Assembly (NCBI GenBank): GCA_964016885.1
Contig: OZ024742.1
Coordinates: 193,874,001-193,938,000 of the forward strand
Source: Eledone cirrhosa
Taxonomy: Eukaryota
Reading direction: 5' to 3'
DNA length: 64,000 bases
Positions 28,711 through 43,384 of this stretch are shown piece after piece (positions within the stretch are counted from its first letter, which is position 1; each line of letters starts with the position of its first letter). Under the pieces are notes generated by a model. That model searched no databases, was not told the DNA's origin, and worked only from the letters and a program-made list of their open reading frames with translations. The position numbers and the translations under genes were made by a program.

Positions 28711-29658
28711 GTATGAAGCGTTATAAAAACTATAACGTTTAACAAAATAAAAGAGTTATAAAGATTCGGAATCAGTGGTAAATAATTATTTACTTACTTA
28801 TTGCCAAAATTATAATTACAACTGATTACTTCTTATACAAATTTATATATTTATTACTTATTAGTAAATAAATCAATAAGTAACACATATAAATTGCTAT
28901 AAAAAGCGATTATAATTTAGGCAAATAAAGAGTGAACAACCAATTAAAAAGTGATTCGTTAAAACACCTATTCGCATGTATATTTATTAGTTTATATTAA
29001 ACCTAAGTTTACGGTGAAAAAATTCAATTGTTTGACCTAATCACGATTTACATATTGATTTGATTCTCTAACTGGAGTGCTTGAAAGAGATTCAGCAAAA
29101 ATTCTGAAGACGTTTTTCCATATTTTACACATAATGAATTACGGGTACTAAGGATCGATGGGTTGGTCGAGACCGCAATGAGGCTACGACAATGAGTGTT
29201 GTTCACTATAAACTTAAGTTTAATATAAAATCATAAATTTACACATGAATAGATTTTAAACCAATATTTTACTTTTTAACTACCTACATTATAATTATAG
29301 CTATTCTTTTTTTATAACACTGTGTAATCATTTTGCACGTTATTGTGATTTTTATACTCTCTCTATGTAATATTTAGAATCCAGTATTATTTTTTTAGAA
29401 TCCAGTATTATTATTCACACGGTGTGTGTACGTGATCTTCTCAGCGATTGTTATTCGCAGAAATAATATGTAAAATACATGTTAATCTGTTTCTAATTCT
29501 CACTGTATACTCTGATATTTTTTCAACATTTATTGATTTAAATTATTACTAAGAAGTGGTTTTAACTTATGTGTTGGAATTACCTCTGTTGGTCACGATG
29601 ACATTTTCTATATCACATATAAACCACATGATCATAAAGTACTTTAGCATTTGGTACG

Positions 29659-29708
<50 letters not shown>

Positions 29709-29788
29709 GGTATTAACATTTAAATTTAAATCCGCATTGTGTATATCAGTTTATCCCAACATCTAGGTGCGTACATAAATATATAGAG

Positions 29789-29828
<40 letters not shown>

Positions 29829-30169
29829 CATACATACAAAGGCATACATATACACACTTATACATAAATACACGCATTTATAAACCGGCTTATGCATAAA
29901 CACATACATGCATAAACAGACACACATACATAAACACACACATCGAAACAATTGTGAGAAGATTGAATAGAATATGAAATGCATTGTTAAACGCGTTTGT
30001 ATAGGAAGCCATTGATATTGGAAAACTGGTAAAATAAATATTAATTTAAAAAGTTTTGTGTAATTAATGAAGAAACAAAATAATTCGATTATGTATTGTT
30101 TCTTAATCGAGTGACATTTCCGTATATTTAATATATCATCTTTTCTACACAGTTCATATTGAATATTTA

Positions 30170-30249
<80 letters not shown>

Positions 30250-30252
<3 letters not shown>

Positions 30253-30296
30253 AGTTTGTATACGTACATACATATATGTATACAGACGTACAGTAG

Positions 30297-30347
<51 letters not shown>

Positions 30348-30400
30348 AATGTTCGGTGAATCCATACGTAGATATATATATATGTGTGCATGTATGTATG

Positions 30401-30452
<52 letters not shown>

Positions 30453-30882
30453 CATACATACATGCACACATATATATATATGTACGTATGGATTCACCGA
30501 ACATTTATTATAATGCTCGGTGAGTTTGTAAACAAACTTCCCGAATTAAGCCATAGAGTATCTAGCAACCATTGTTGCTCATTTGTTCAATACTGACAAA
30601 GGAACGCTGTACCCAGTTTCAAGCTTATTAGCTATCTTCAGTTATGTATACCTTCCTGCAAGATGATTGAACGTCTCAAAGTATATACTTTCCTTATTCA
30701 TATTAACGGCGGAGCAGCCTAATTTGCATATCGAGTGAGTTAATCGGCCGGGCATACCGAAAGCGATAAACGGAAAGAATGAAACGAAATTTCATTTCTC
30801 ACTCTTAGTACGGCCGTTACTTAAATATAAGTAGTATGTATACGCACATACATATATGTATACAGACGTACAGTACTATGTC
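30250..30882 (-). mobile_element. Family G (monomer about 420 bp, HHR-bearing), rearranged copy
   Basis: GGATTCACCGAACATTT...GAAATTTCATTTCTCACTCTTAGTACGG; HHR with CTGAAGA at about 30606-30648. Confidence 0.85.
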
Positions 30883-30968
<86 letters not shown>

Positions 30969-31022
30969 GATAAATCTACCAAGAGTTTACGGTAGTGTCC
31001 AATCCGTATGAAGAACTCAATG

Positions 31023-31169
31023 TTATTTCTGAAGACGGCGTATATGTGTGTTTGGTATGTATATTTAATCTTGATAGTTTGTATAATTTTGTATAATTTT
31101 GTACATAGATCTGTTGAATATGCATGCCAATTCTAACACATATATATCCTAGAAACGATCGTTAAATAA
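31023..31169 (+). ncRNA. Type I hammerhead with long stem II
   Basis: TTATTT-CTGAAGA-cGGcgTATATGTG...CACATATA..CC-GAAAC-GATC-GTT-AAATAA; the element lies between (TA)n tracts at about 30965-31235. Confidence 0.65.
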
Positions 31170-31227
31170 TGAACTTTTTTTGTTTAATATAAGGAACTGT
31201 TTCATTGTTTTATTCATTATTTGTTTA

Positions 31228-31293
<66 letters not shown>

Positions 31294-31426
31294 CATGCAC
31301 ACATATATATGTACGTATGGATTCACCGAACATTTATTATAATGCTCGGTGTAAAGAAACATCCCTAATTAAGCCGTAAAGTGTCTAGCAACCGTCGTTG
31401 CTCATTTGTTCAACACTGACAAAGGA

Positions 31427-31469
31427 ACGTTGTACTAGTTTCAAGCTTATTAGCTATCGTCAGCAACGT
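31427..31469 (-). ncRNA. Minimal type I hammerhead (family G)
   Basis: ACGTTG-CTGACGA-tAGCtaataaGCTt-GAAAC-TA-GTA-CAACGT. Confidence 0.85.
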
Positions 31470-32157
31470 ATACCTTCCTGCCAGGTGATTGAACTTCTGA
31501 AAGTATATACTTTTCTTATGCATATTAACGGCTGAGCAGCCTAATTTGCATATCGAGTGATTTAATCGGCCGGACATACCGAAAACGATAAAAAGAAAAG
31601 AATGTAACGAAATTTCATTTCTCATTCTTAGTACGGCTGTTACTTAAATATAATATGTATACATACATATATGTATACAGACGTACAGTAATATGTATAT
31701 ATATATACATACATGCACACATATATATATGTACGTATGGATTCACCGAACATTTAGTATAATGCTCGGTGTGTTTGTAAACAAACATCCCGAATTAAGC
31801 CGTACAGTGTCTAGCAACCATCGTTGCTCATTTGTTCAACACAGACAAAGGAACGCTGTACTAGTTTCAGGTTATTAGCTATCGACAGCATATATATATA
31901 TGGGTGCATGTATGTATATATATATACATACTACTGTACTTCTGCATACATATATGTATGTACGTATACATACTTATATTTAAGTGTCAGCCGTACTAAG
32001 AGTGAGAAATGAAATTTCGTTTCATTTTTTTCCGTTTATCGCTTTCGGTATGCCCGGCCGATTAACGCACTCTACATGAAAATTAGGCTGCTCAGCCGTT
32101 AATATGCATAAGGAAAGTATATACTTTCAGATGTTTAATCATCTGTCAGGAAGGTAT

Positions 32158-32200
32158 ACGTTGCTGACGATAGCTAATAAGCTTGAAACTAGTACAGCGT
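32158..32200 (+). ncRNA. Minimal type I hammerhead (family G)
   Basis: ACGTTG-CTGACGA-tAGCtaataaGCTt-GAAAC-TA-GTA-CAGCGT. Confidence 0.85.
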
Positions 32201-33097
32201 TCCTTTGTCAGTGTTGAACAAATGAGCAACGATGGTTGCTAGATACTGTACGGCTTAATTCGGGATGTTTGTTTACAAGCACACCGAGCATTATAATAAA
32301 TGTTCGGTCAATCCATACGTACATATATATATGTGTGCATGTATGTATATATATATATAAATACTTACTACTGTACGTCTGTATACATATATGTATGTAC
32401 GTATACATACTTATATTTAAGTAACAGCCGTACTAAGAGTGGGAAATGAAATTTCGTATAATTTTCTCCGTTTATATATATATATATATACATTTAGCGA
32501 GAATCGCATTTCGGCGAGTAGAAATTAGCGATACACTACTTCCGAATTGTGTTGGTGAGTGCTCAATGGATATGAATATACCAGAGCTATAAATATAAGT
32601 TAAAAGGCAATACACAACTGAGACGATGGTTAAGAAGCCATTAACCACCTAAGTAAAAAAAGCGAGCAAACTAAGCGGGTGAAACAAAAATAAGATATAA
32701 TTGAAATATTTACCGGACCCTCTGGAATGATTGTATAATCCGATATAGGGTTTCTGTGACACCTAAATCAACAATACTGTCTGCTTATAAAAAATAATAA
32801 ACCTTTGGTATAATGATCGAACAAGTGTATCAGTTTCTCACAGGCATTTTGTTCAGCATGCGCCAGGATCCCACAGTGTTCAAAGCACATGTTAAATCCA
32901 AAGCGGAGAAAACACCTAGTTTTGGCAAATGAATTCAGTATGTGTAGTAATTGCAAACATTTGCGAAAAAAGCATAAAACGAATTAAGTTCTCAACCGAG
33001 TAGTTTTTAAAGTGAACTTAAGCGTTTAATTAGTCAATAGAATTAACTATATATAATATAATATAAATAATCAAAATGAAGTGTGTGGATCAGATTA

Positions 33098-33138
<41 letters not shown>

Positions 33139-33233
33139 TTTGATGTACACAGAGCATTTTGATTATTTATATTATATTATAATTCATATGGTGAGTGCTC
33201 TACCACTACTGATATTACCTTCCAGTGTTCTAC

Positions 33234-33284
<51 letters not shown>

Positions 33285-33580
33285 AGTTAGTCACGAACAA
33301 CTAAAAGCAGAAGCCACTTACCGTTCCTCTCCGACATATAGCCCCCACCCACCCACCGGGAAACCCCCCAGTTGATGGAGGCGAATCCGAAATATAGGGA
33401 CAATTAAATCTCTCCCAAGGTAACTCTATCTCGTGTTATTATTTTTATTTTTTACTCTCTTTCCTACGTTCCTCTACACACTATACATATCATTCTACAT
33501 TCCCTTACCACCGGATCCTGTTACCCGGAGACTTACCCATCTGCATTGTTGAGTCTTCCAAAACGTCCAAAAGAAAATAA

Positions 33581-33639
<59 letters not shown>

Positions 33640-33727
33640 ATGTGTGTGTATGTATGGATAAATATTTACACACATATATAGATGTGTTTATACATACTCA
33701 TCTATGTATTTATACACACATACGTTT

Positions 33728-33780
<53 letters not shown>

Positions 33781-33972
33781 ACAGGGAGAAAGAGACGATT
33801 ATTAGGAAGAAAAATTTTTTTTTTTCCCCTTTTGTTTTTCTCTCTCTTTCTTCTGGGTTAGAAAATGATTAAAACGAAATGTTTTACTTTGTGTGAGGTG
33901 TTAAGGTATTAGTTGATTTATTTATTATTTAACAATGGCATTTATTTATCTATTTATATATTTAAATATTGT

Positions 33973-34014
33973 CTATTACCGGTTTCAGTATTTTTCGGCA
34001 TTATCAAATGATAG
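33973..34014 (-). ncRNA. Decayed hammerhead-like motif, U3-A8 type
   Basis: CTATcat-TTGATAA-N14-GAAAC-CG-GTA-ATAG; stem II pairs poorly. Confidence 0.4.
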
Positions 34015-34844
34015 TAAAATGTATTAGTGTGGTGTCGCACATGTTCAACAGAAGGTGCAGAAAGAATAATGTTATTTACAAGCAAGGTTTATGAAGTGAA
34101 AAGAAAAAAAGGAAAAGGAAAAAAAACGTGCATAATGTGGAACATAAAAAGTCAATGTGGAAGAAGAAATAATGTTATTTATAAGCAAAGTCATTGAAGT
34201 TAAGCAGATCAAAATGTGCTATTATAGCAAGAGTGTTTAGTTGATCCATGATTCCGTGATGGAGGCAAATATATATATATATAATTGTATGCACGTCCTC
34301 ATATAAATATGCACCCCTCTACATATTCATATTAATATGTATGAGTATGTATTTATTGTCTATGTATTTATGTATTTATACAGTTATACATATTTTTTAT
34401 ACTATTATACATGCGTCTCCTTGACGCTTAACAGCTGTCCTTGCCGAGGGCATCAAGATTTAGGTAGGAGGCCATGTATGTTTATCATTGGTTTGTCCCT
34501 GCGGCTAAGCCTTCAACACCGTATTCCATCCCTCCATCCATCCAAATGTGTAGATTTGGCACTGTGAGGTGGAACGGCGAATGTAGCGTGTATCACTGGC
34601 AATTCTCTGCTGCATCACTTTCACCACCATATCCTTAGGAAGCAAATAAATTATACTTTACTGCAGTTTCTTACTCCAGTTTTCTTTTCCTATCTTCATC
34701 TTTTGTTTTTAATTTATGATATTGTAAACATATCTTTAGTTGGAATATCGATATAATATCTGTATTTGCTAATAAACCTCTTCTAGTAATGCCTTAAAAT
34801 CTTACCGGTGGTTCCTGATATATATCTTGTGTAGTGTTAGTGTG

Positions 34845-35040
34845 AATGCCCGTAGCTCACTGATTAGACTGTTCAGTTTATGACCGTAAGGAGTAAGTTC
34901 AATACATGGCCGCATGATGTTTCCTTGCCGAAAAAACTTTATTTCACCTTCTTCCTGTCAACTCCTAATCCAGTGAACTAGAGTCATCACACACTGTATC
35001 ACGTTGGCTCTCCAGAGGATAATCTTAAGGATACACATGA
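34845..35040 (+). mobile_element. Decayed CORE-type SINE
   Basis: TAGCTCACTG...AGTTCAATAC...TTTCCTTG...ACTTTATTTCAC. Confidence 0.5.
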
Positions 35041-35407
35041 ATCTTTTGGAGCGTGCTATCGAAATACGTCGTCGGTACCATCTAACATCAACAACGTAGT
35101 ATCATCATTGTTTTTAATAACGTATGATCCTCTATGTTTAATTGTTGTTCTCGTTGATCAACCCTGGTTCAGCTGAATTCCAGGAATCCCATGATCAATG
35201 ATACTTTAGGCACGACTACTTCGTTTATATATGTCACATAGCGTATCCTGTCAAATGTCAGAGTCTTTAGCCCGTGGGATAAAATAATTAACAATATTCG
35301 TTGCGAATCCTATTATGTTCAGTTTTTACACCACACCATAGCCAGCTTTGCCTCTCATCCTTTCAAGGCCGATAAATGAATTACCAATCTAGTTCTGAGG
35401 TCGCCAA

Positions 35408-35509
<102 letters not shown>

Positions 35510-36134
35510 AACTGCACCGGCCTTTCTACATCTCAACAGGTGCTAATGATAAAATGATGTCATCTACAACTTCATTTTCTTATACGTATTTTCTTCTTTT
35601 ATGGTTGTACGTTTTCATTTGAATTGATATAGATTTGACAGTCTTTTACGCTGCCTGTGGATACTATCACTATAATCTCACTTCATTTAAAGAGCCGGAT
35701 GTAGTATAAAGAGCAAGCTGATAAAATACGCAATACTACCAAAACCTCAAGTGGTTGTATAGCACAGGTTACGTGTACGTAGAACAGTTTAAAAATGTAT
35801 TCTAAAATAAATATACGGTAAATAATTTGATAAGAATGTTTTGTTTTTCTTACGCCTGATACTATACTATCATAAACACTTCACCAAAGTTTACTTAAAT
35901 TTAGTTGCATGATTAATGGTAATGAGCCGCCATTCCAAACGCTGTGTTTCATTGGAAATGTTCGGAGAATTCCTTAAATTATACCTATTTAAAAAAAAGT
36001 AGATCTATTTGAATAGAGATAATGTTTACACCACAGATATATTTTATCCAGGAGGAAGCGGTAGCTGAGCAGTTAAGATGTTCGTCTTTTCTATCTAATC
36101 TAATCTGGCCGAGTTTTACACTCGCAAATAAGAA

Positions 36135-36363
36135 GCAGGGCCTCCCCTAGGAGCATTGGATTTAGTGCACCTCATATTTGTTCGGTTGCTGAATAAAATC
36201 AGGGGTCGCTGCTTCTCCTGAAGATCAATAGTTCTCCACTAGCTCGAGCGGGAGCGTCTTTCAATTGTCAATTTGCATTGATCATCTGCAAGGTCGCATT
36301 GTTCTCAGAACCCCTACACCAGTCTTTCGATGCGTGCAGCTGGAACCCATTGGTTTGGCAGGA
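36135..36363 (+). repeat. Dispersed repeat of about 240 bp (pair of 16120-16355)
   Basis: Collinear inverted homology, e.g. CCTAGGAGCATTGGATTT and TTGTCAATTTGCATTGA. Confidence 0.6.
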
Positions 36364-38904
36364 TTATTATTTTTTTTTTCTTTAGATGACCGTTGACCCT
36401 TATGCGTTCTTCCGCCCTTTGTCAGGTTTTGTTTTTTGGTCCTGCAGGTTGTCCAAAATCCTCCTCCTCACCAAGTAAACTGGGTAGGGTTGCCAGTTTA
36501 GTCGCCTACAACCGGACAATGTGACAGGTTTTACTGGGTTACATGTTACCAGCAGCCCTCAAGAGTGAACTTTTTGATCATGAGATTCTCTACTCGATTC
36601 TGCTGCGTAACATCTTGAACATGTATCTTAACTATAGCCTCAGATAAACCGAATCCGAGTGAACATGGGTAGAAAACAATGTTATATAGAAAAACCGTTT
36701 GATTGATTATCGCTGTAAGTCAAGTATGTAGCCTTATAACATATCAGTTTATATGATTCAGCTTAGGAACTACTTTATGGATACACGTGTCTGTAGAATG
36801 CTCAACTACATATACGTTAATTCACAAAATGGATATTTAGATAATCGAACAACTGGATATTCAACGTCGAAAGCGACGGAGAATGCCTCGTTTTATCCAG
36901 ATAGAGAAGAGGTGGAATGCAGCCATTAAACCCGCAAGAGTTATTACATTTCTCCACAGAAACAAAGTGTAGAATTTCAACTTAAATAAATTTATATTGT
37001 TAATAAATAAAACAATTGCAATTAAAATTCAAAGATTTTACGTGTATAATAAAAATCCGGAAATGATTTATATTAAGAACGAACTGTTCAGGTTTAATTA
37101 CTCCACATAATATAATGAATACAGTGATATACCACTTGGTGCTATTAAGTTAGACATTGCCTGGGCCAATACTATCCAAAAGTTATGAAAGTTATTATCT
37201 AATTTGGCGTTTCTTGTTTCTGAAAAGTTACGAGAAATAAGAAGTTTAGTATTAGTAATTGTTTCTGGTTCTGTTGAAATCTTCCTTCCCTCCTTGAATT
37301 GAGATATTCAAGTAAAAAGAAGTAAATTTAAGAACAGTGAATAATTCAATACGACAAAACATTTAAGTTTATGTTTACTATGTCATATAAGGAGCAATTA
37401 TTTGTAAAAGAAGTTCATTCCGGGAATCGATTCTATGGGTAAAGTTTTTTCTCATATATTTGATACTCAAAATCCTGAATTTATTACTTTCATGGAACAA
37501 ATTAATATTGGCATTCGTGGATTTTATTTGCATGCATCATTGATTCAATCAACACGAATATTATGATAAACATGAGGATACCGGGATGGTATCTAAATTC
37601 CGTAATTTGGAAAACATTTTTTCTCATTTGGTAATAAAATATTTTGTGAATTTTAATATACATATCAATATGGGGTCATATAATTATGTTTTTCACACCA
37701 TTATTCATTCTGCACGGATGTTACGGATAACTAACTCTGAATAAACCTACTGCATAATAAATTAATCTCTGACTGTTGAGGAAAGTGATAGCTACAGATG
37801 AGAAATTGAGTGGAAACCCGATGTATTTGTATAATAGTTTGATAAATCAGCTGAATAGGAAATTGAGATATGTTTGATAAACAAGAAATAATAAAACGAA
37901 ACGAATCAAAACGATAAAAGAAAGCAATGCAGGAGAGAAAAAGAGAGAAAATATGGTAGTGTAAGGACAAATCTGTCAAATTAACTATAGATCATTGGAA
38001 ACCAAAGTATGGTTGAGTTTTACGCTAATCAGATTTTTACTGCCATTCTTCATGGATCAATATTAATGACGCGGATAATTACTACTTTCAATTCTGATTG
38101 GAGAAATTAAGTTAAACGCGGTCATAATTTTGTTTCTGTGTCAACATGTGCCTGTATGCATATACGTGCGTGTATGCATATATCTACTGTGTATAATAGT
38201 TTGATTGGATATATAGCATAGATATGCAGTATGCACATAATACATAGTGTATGTCAAAGAAATAGATCTCTTGTGCTCACAACACATTTCTGCAATATCA
38301 TTAGTACTGATGCTATACAGGTGTGACTTTCGAAGATAAGAAGAATACGAATGTTTGTGATTGAGTATAAGAAAACGTGTGATTATATGTTTAAGTCTAT
38401 CGAGGTTATAATGTTAAATACTTATCTTATTACGAAAATATATTATTCAGATAATTTTCCATAATGTATAACATCGTATTCTACTTTTGTTAGAAACAAG
38501 ATATGTTCTGTTTACCTAGTAATTCATATGACAGTCAAGTAATTGGCATCATGGAATCAAGTTTTTTTTTTCTAACATGTGCTAACTGTGTGGCTAACTT
38601 AGAAATGTATATATATGTATACATATTTATTTTTAACATTCCATTACACTCATTCCCGATCCAGAACTTATTGTAGGCATTATATTATTTAAGGAAAGGT
38701 AAGATTCAATTGTTGAACCATCGTGGAGGAAGAAATGTTCTGCATAACTTCTAGATTCCTGGAATTTCCAAGTACACTGATATCATTTCATATGTAAGTA
38801 ACCCTCAATTGATCTGAATAACTTCGGAGACTAGTTACATGCGAGCATAACACTCGATGTGAAACACCGGACTAATAAAATTCGTGTTTATTATTTACTA
38901 TATA

Positions 38905-39095
38905 GGGCGGTGTATTGGCAGTATCGGTAGAGGGTCGGACGCCATGCTTTCCAGCATAGTTACGTCCCTTTACGATCTGAGTTCAAATCCCGCCGAGGTT
39001 GACTTTGCCTTTCATCCTTACGGGGTCGATAAAATAAAGTATCAGTAATGCACTGGGTTATTGCTGGTCTTGTGCCTAAAGTAGAAACAATTATT
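38905..39095 (+). mobile_element. Full-length tRNA-derived SINE (GACTTTGCCTTTCATCC family, Nin/Deu-like domain)
   Basis: A-box TGGCAGTATCGG, B-box GAGTTCAAATCC, GACTTTGCCTTTCATCCTTACGGGGTCGATAAAAT, end GTGCCTAAAGTAGAAACAATT. Confidence 0.85.
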
Positions 39096-39266
39096 TCCTA
39101 TATATTGTTTACATTTTCACGACTATATTTCAGCGACATTGGCACATATTTTTGTCAAGTGGATGTCGTCATAACACCAACATTTATATACGTAAATATG
39201 CATATTCTCTGTCGTTCACACACCCACTCTCTCTCTCACATGTTTATATATATATATATATATATA

Positions 39267-39461
39267 TAGGAACCAGTAAGACCCCGACGGCTGAGATCAA
39301 GCCGTTTCAACGGCTAATTCTGGCGTCCAGAATTAGCCGTCGAAACGGCTTGAGCTCAGCCGTCGGGGTCTTACTGGTTCCTATTACCCACTCTACTACC
39401 CTAACTATTGAGTACTTTGGTGCGTTATGGTCCACCTGGTTCCTTACCACATTTCCTTCGT

Positions 39462-39462
<1 letters not shown>
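39267..39462 (+). mobile_element. Fold-back element, family C (half-hammerhead palindrome plus tail)
   Basis: Arms 39267-39323 and 39327-39383; GAAAC-GGCT...AGCC-GTC; tail ACTC-N16-GAGTAC. Other copies at 48463-48508, 57608-57812 and 62995-63133 (minus). Confidence 0.9.
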
Positions 39463-39492
<30 letters not shown>

Positions 39493-40585
39493 GAAGGCCG
39501 AGAGAAAAGAGTACTTATGGCCGTAGTGGATTTGAAATATTCATTTTAAGGCTACATACTTATTACTCTGGTGATGTACCTGTGAGTAGCGGGCGATATT
39601 CCAGAGACACGAGCCACACTTTTTTAGCTTTAAGAAAATGAATACATACATACACACATAAATACATACATGTACATACACAAATAATGTCAATGCAAGT
39701 ATAATGCATATTGTGTCTAACTTATTTTTAATATAACTAGAATGTTGTCTGCAAAATAAAAGAGATATAGGCTCCTGTGATATCGGCAGTGTACACAGCT
39801 TTGAGGTCTTGAGATTTTAGCTCGAATTCGCAACCGAAAACATCACAGAGCAACAGGATATATATATACACATATATATATATACACATATATATATGTA
39901 TATATACATATATATATATACATATATATATACATATATTTATATATAGAAAGGATGAATATAAAATGAAAGTGCTTTTTTTAAAAAGGAATTTATTAGG
40001 TATTGACATATGTTTCTGTAACAGACGGAATACCTATGTATCGCTGCTTGCGTAATCATATAATGTTAGCAAGTATTCGATAGCAAATGTAGAATCAGTT
40101 GTCACTTCTTCATAGATTTTGGATAAATTGGATAAAATCAGAAAAATTGAAGTATTTATATTAGTAATAGAGGAAGAAACAGAGGGGATAGTATATGACA
40201 GATGGTAAATTAATTTACTGCTAAACAAGTATATAATGGGTTTCTAATGAGAATACCATGAGTAAATCTAAATAAGAATTTTGGGAGTGCCAATTTTAAT
40301 CTCTACTTGACCAACTTGACAGTGGACAGGGCTGGTCATTTGGTGCAGTAGTATTAATTATAAAGTGTCAATTGGGGAAGGGGAGATTTCGATTGCTACT
40401 AAATAACATCAATGCTAGTAGCCAGCTGGTATATGCATTAGGGAATTGAATCAAGAAATCAGAAATCTCATTTTATCTATAGCAGTTTGTATTAAAAGGT
40501 AAATAATAGAAGAGTTGATAGAATTAAGACTAATAAAGAATGTTAATATCTATTTGGACAATCAAACGGGGATAGAGACAGGCGT

Positions 40586-42920
40586 TCAATCGTGGTAGTA
40601 TTTATAATATGAAAATGTAGATTTTAAGCGATGGTTACAGTATAACGATCGCTCTATTCTGTTATTTAATAAAATGTTTTTGGATTTCATAATACAAAAT
40701 AATTCTACATTACATAATTTACAAAATTCCTGTCCATGGGAATATGGGGGGGGGGGGGGGGGGGGGGCAGCCGCTATTATATCCCATTTTAGGTGAAATT
40801 GTTGGTTATTTTCACGCAGCTGCCAAGCCTTGTCTGCGAGTGTTGTTACATAACGCTGGTTTTCATGTTTTATCGAGTAACGATGTCTATAAAGGCGTGA
40901 TTTGAAGGAGGTGGCTGTAGATCCCACATAGTACCACTTCTGTCTATTCGATTCTATAGTACATTTGTATACGATGTTGCGTTCAAGACACTGATTGTTC
41001 AACGGACACATTCCTGGTTGAACACAGTTGCAATTATAATTTTGCGTTGTTGTATTGTCATGGATGGGTTGATGAGGTTGCTTATGTAGGACAGGATGTT
41101 GTTTGTTGTTTTGTGATGTTATAGCTAATGTTTTACGTGTATTGTTATGTGTTGGAAGGCGTTTATACAACCGCTTTGCGTTAAGCTTTTTTATATGTTG
41201 TTCAATATTAGGGGCGGTTGAATATGAAAGTCGAATAGTGTTAGGGTTTAAGATTTTATTATATTTATGTGATGTTGGAAAGTGTTTTTTAACTAATCGA
41301 AAGAATTTTGAGGGTAGATTGGTTTTAATAGAGCTGTTATAGACCGGGTTGTACCAAATATACTCCTTACATCGCCTTCTGTTTGGTGGTGTGCGACTAT
41401 TATTGTGTCTATTGCGGTAGTGTACGTATGGTGTTGATTCTGTGCTATTTCTACTCCTATGGGATTTATTATGGGTGTTTTGGTGATCTTTGACTATATA
41501 CTCGATATTATCTAGGTGACCGGCTTTCCTAAGTGCATCATCATAATATTCGGTATGTTCTTTGAAGGTTTGTTGTTTGGACGACAGGCGGGAGATTCTA
41601 AGAGAAACATTTCTAGGGATGGATTTAATTATAGAGAGTGGATGGTTAGAACTCGTATTTACATATTTAAGGTTCTCATTTAGTTTATGGAACGGTTTAA
41701 TCGTATCTGTATTGAGATTGAAAGTAACATCAAGGAAATTGACCTCTTTGAGGTTATATTCAAATGTAATATTTAATCCTAGTTCCTTAAAAAGCTTTCT
41801 GATATTTTTACGCATCCTTTCTAAATTCTGGTTATCCATATGCTTAACTAATAGGAGCGCATCGTCACGGTAGATTCCACCGTGGAGATCCTTGAATTTT
41901 CCTTGTAATCTGTGGGTGATATAAATTCCCACAAGATCTGTTACTTCCGCCGAATCATTAGAACCCATAGTGATATCAAAATTAGAAGGTCTATCTTTTC
42001 GAACCCAGTAGCTATCATCGAATTTAACTATAGTTTTCCTCGCTTCCATAATAATTTTAATTTCAGCATCCGTAAGGTCGGAATTATCCTTAGCGAACGA
42101 AAGAGCTTCATGTAGAGTATCAGGTGAAATTGAGGAATAATATTCATCAATATCAATCTGAATAAATTTTGATTTTTTTTATCAGTAATGTTATTAAACC
42201 ATCTTATTGCTTCATGAGTGTTACCCCATAGTTTAATCTCTACTTTAACCTTAACTTGGGGGATAATTCTGTCTAGTATATATTTGCTAATTTTGCCTAT
42301 ATCAGATTTAGAGGGGCATATAAGTCTAATATTAGGGTTAGTATCGAAGTTTACCTTGTGGTCCTTCAGGTTGAAGGATGGTATAGCTGGTGTTAAGGGT
42401 TGCGTTCTATCGTCAATACAAAGTTTTTTAACAATATCACATGCCGAGTTGTTGATGTTTTTAAGTGTAGCTTCATTAGTTTTCCTGTATTTTTTATGCA
42501 ATTCCTTACGGATGAAGTTATTGTAAGTGTCCACATCCATGGTATATACGTTTGATGTTTTGTCTGCTCTAACAATAATTCCATTGGCGTTTTTTTAGAT
42601 TATTGAGCAGTGCCGTGATGCCATTCTGTAGTTTGTTGTTCTTCCGTTTTGTAAATTTGATCTCCATGATCATAGCCATTAGGTCTTGTTCAAATGCATC
42701 CAAAAGTGGGTTTGAGGGGGGGGTTCTTGTAAGATTTAAATCCAAATTTATCCTTGTTAAGATCCGATGTTTGGTTTATACGGCTTTTGTCAAAATGGAA
42801 TGTTTTCCATCTGATTCGTCGAATAATATCATTGGTCCTTCGTATCATACCTAGAATATATTCCCTTTTTGCTTGAATAGGTATGTTTTTTAACGACATA
42901 TCCAATTGGTGCCTTTCCAT
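40586..42920 (-). CDS. Penelope-like (Naiad-type) reverse transcriptase + GIY-YIG endonuclease, about 780 aa, three frameshifts
   Basis: SLKNIP...RRIRWK...FGFKS; ADKT; IDIDEYYSSIS; ITMGSNDSAE; IYRDD; VNFLDVTFNL; YIWYNP; CNC...CPL...YYVGST..FKSR..H...CKLC...LLN...CNH. Frameshifts fall in homopolymers near 42720, 42593 and 42176. Confidence 0.93.
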
Positions 42921-43384
42921 TTTAGAGGCGTATGCTGAATTAGTTGCTCAACTGTATAGGAGATTAATAAAATTTCAGGTTATCAATAATGTAGTGATAA
43001 TATATCGTTACGTTAGAGATGAACAGCGTACGTGCAGGTTTGCTCAACGAGTATAAATTATATTCCGGAGAAAATGTAGAAAGGATGAATATAAAATGAA
43101 AGTGCTTTTTTTAAAAAGGAATTTATTAGGTATTTACATATGTTTCTGTAACAGACGGAATACCTATGTATCGGTGCTTGCGTAATCATATAATGTTAGC
43201 AAGTATTCGATAGCAAATGTATAATCAGTTGTCACTTCTTCAGAGATTTTGGATAAATTGGATAAAATCAGAAAAATTGAAGTATTTATATTAGTAATAG
43301 AGGAAGAAACAAAGGGGATAGTATATGACAGATGGTAAATTAATTTACTGCTAAACAAGTATATAATGGGTTTCTAATGAGAAT

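Larger units (their letters stand above)
31285..32475 (+). mobile_element. Family G: tandem monomers in fold-back arrangement
   Basis: Minus arm 31285-31890 (ATTCACCGAA at 31321 and 31741, period 420); plus arm 31900-32475 ends in CCGTTTA-(TA)n. Confidence 0.9.
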
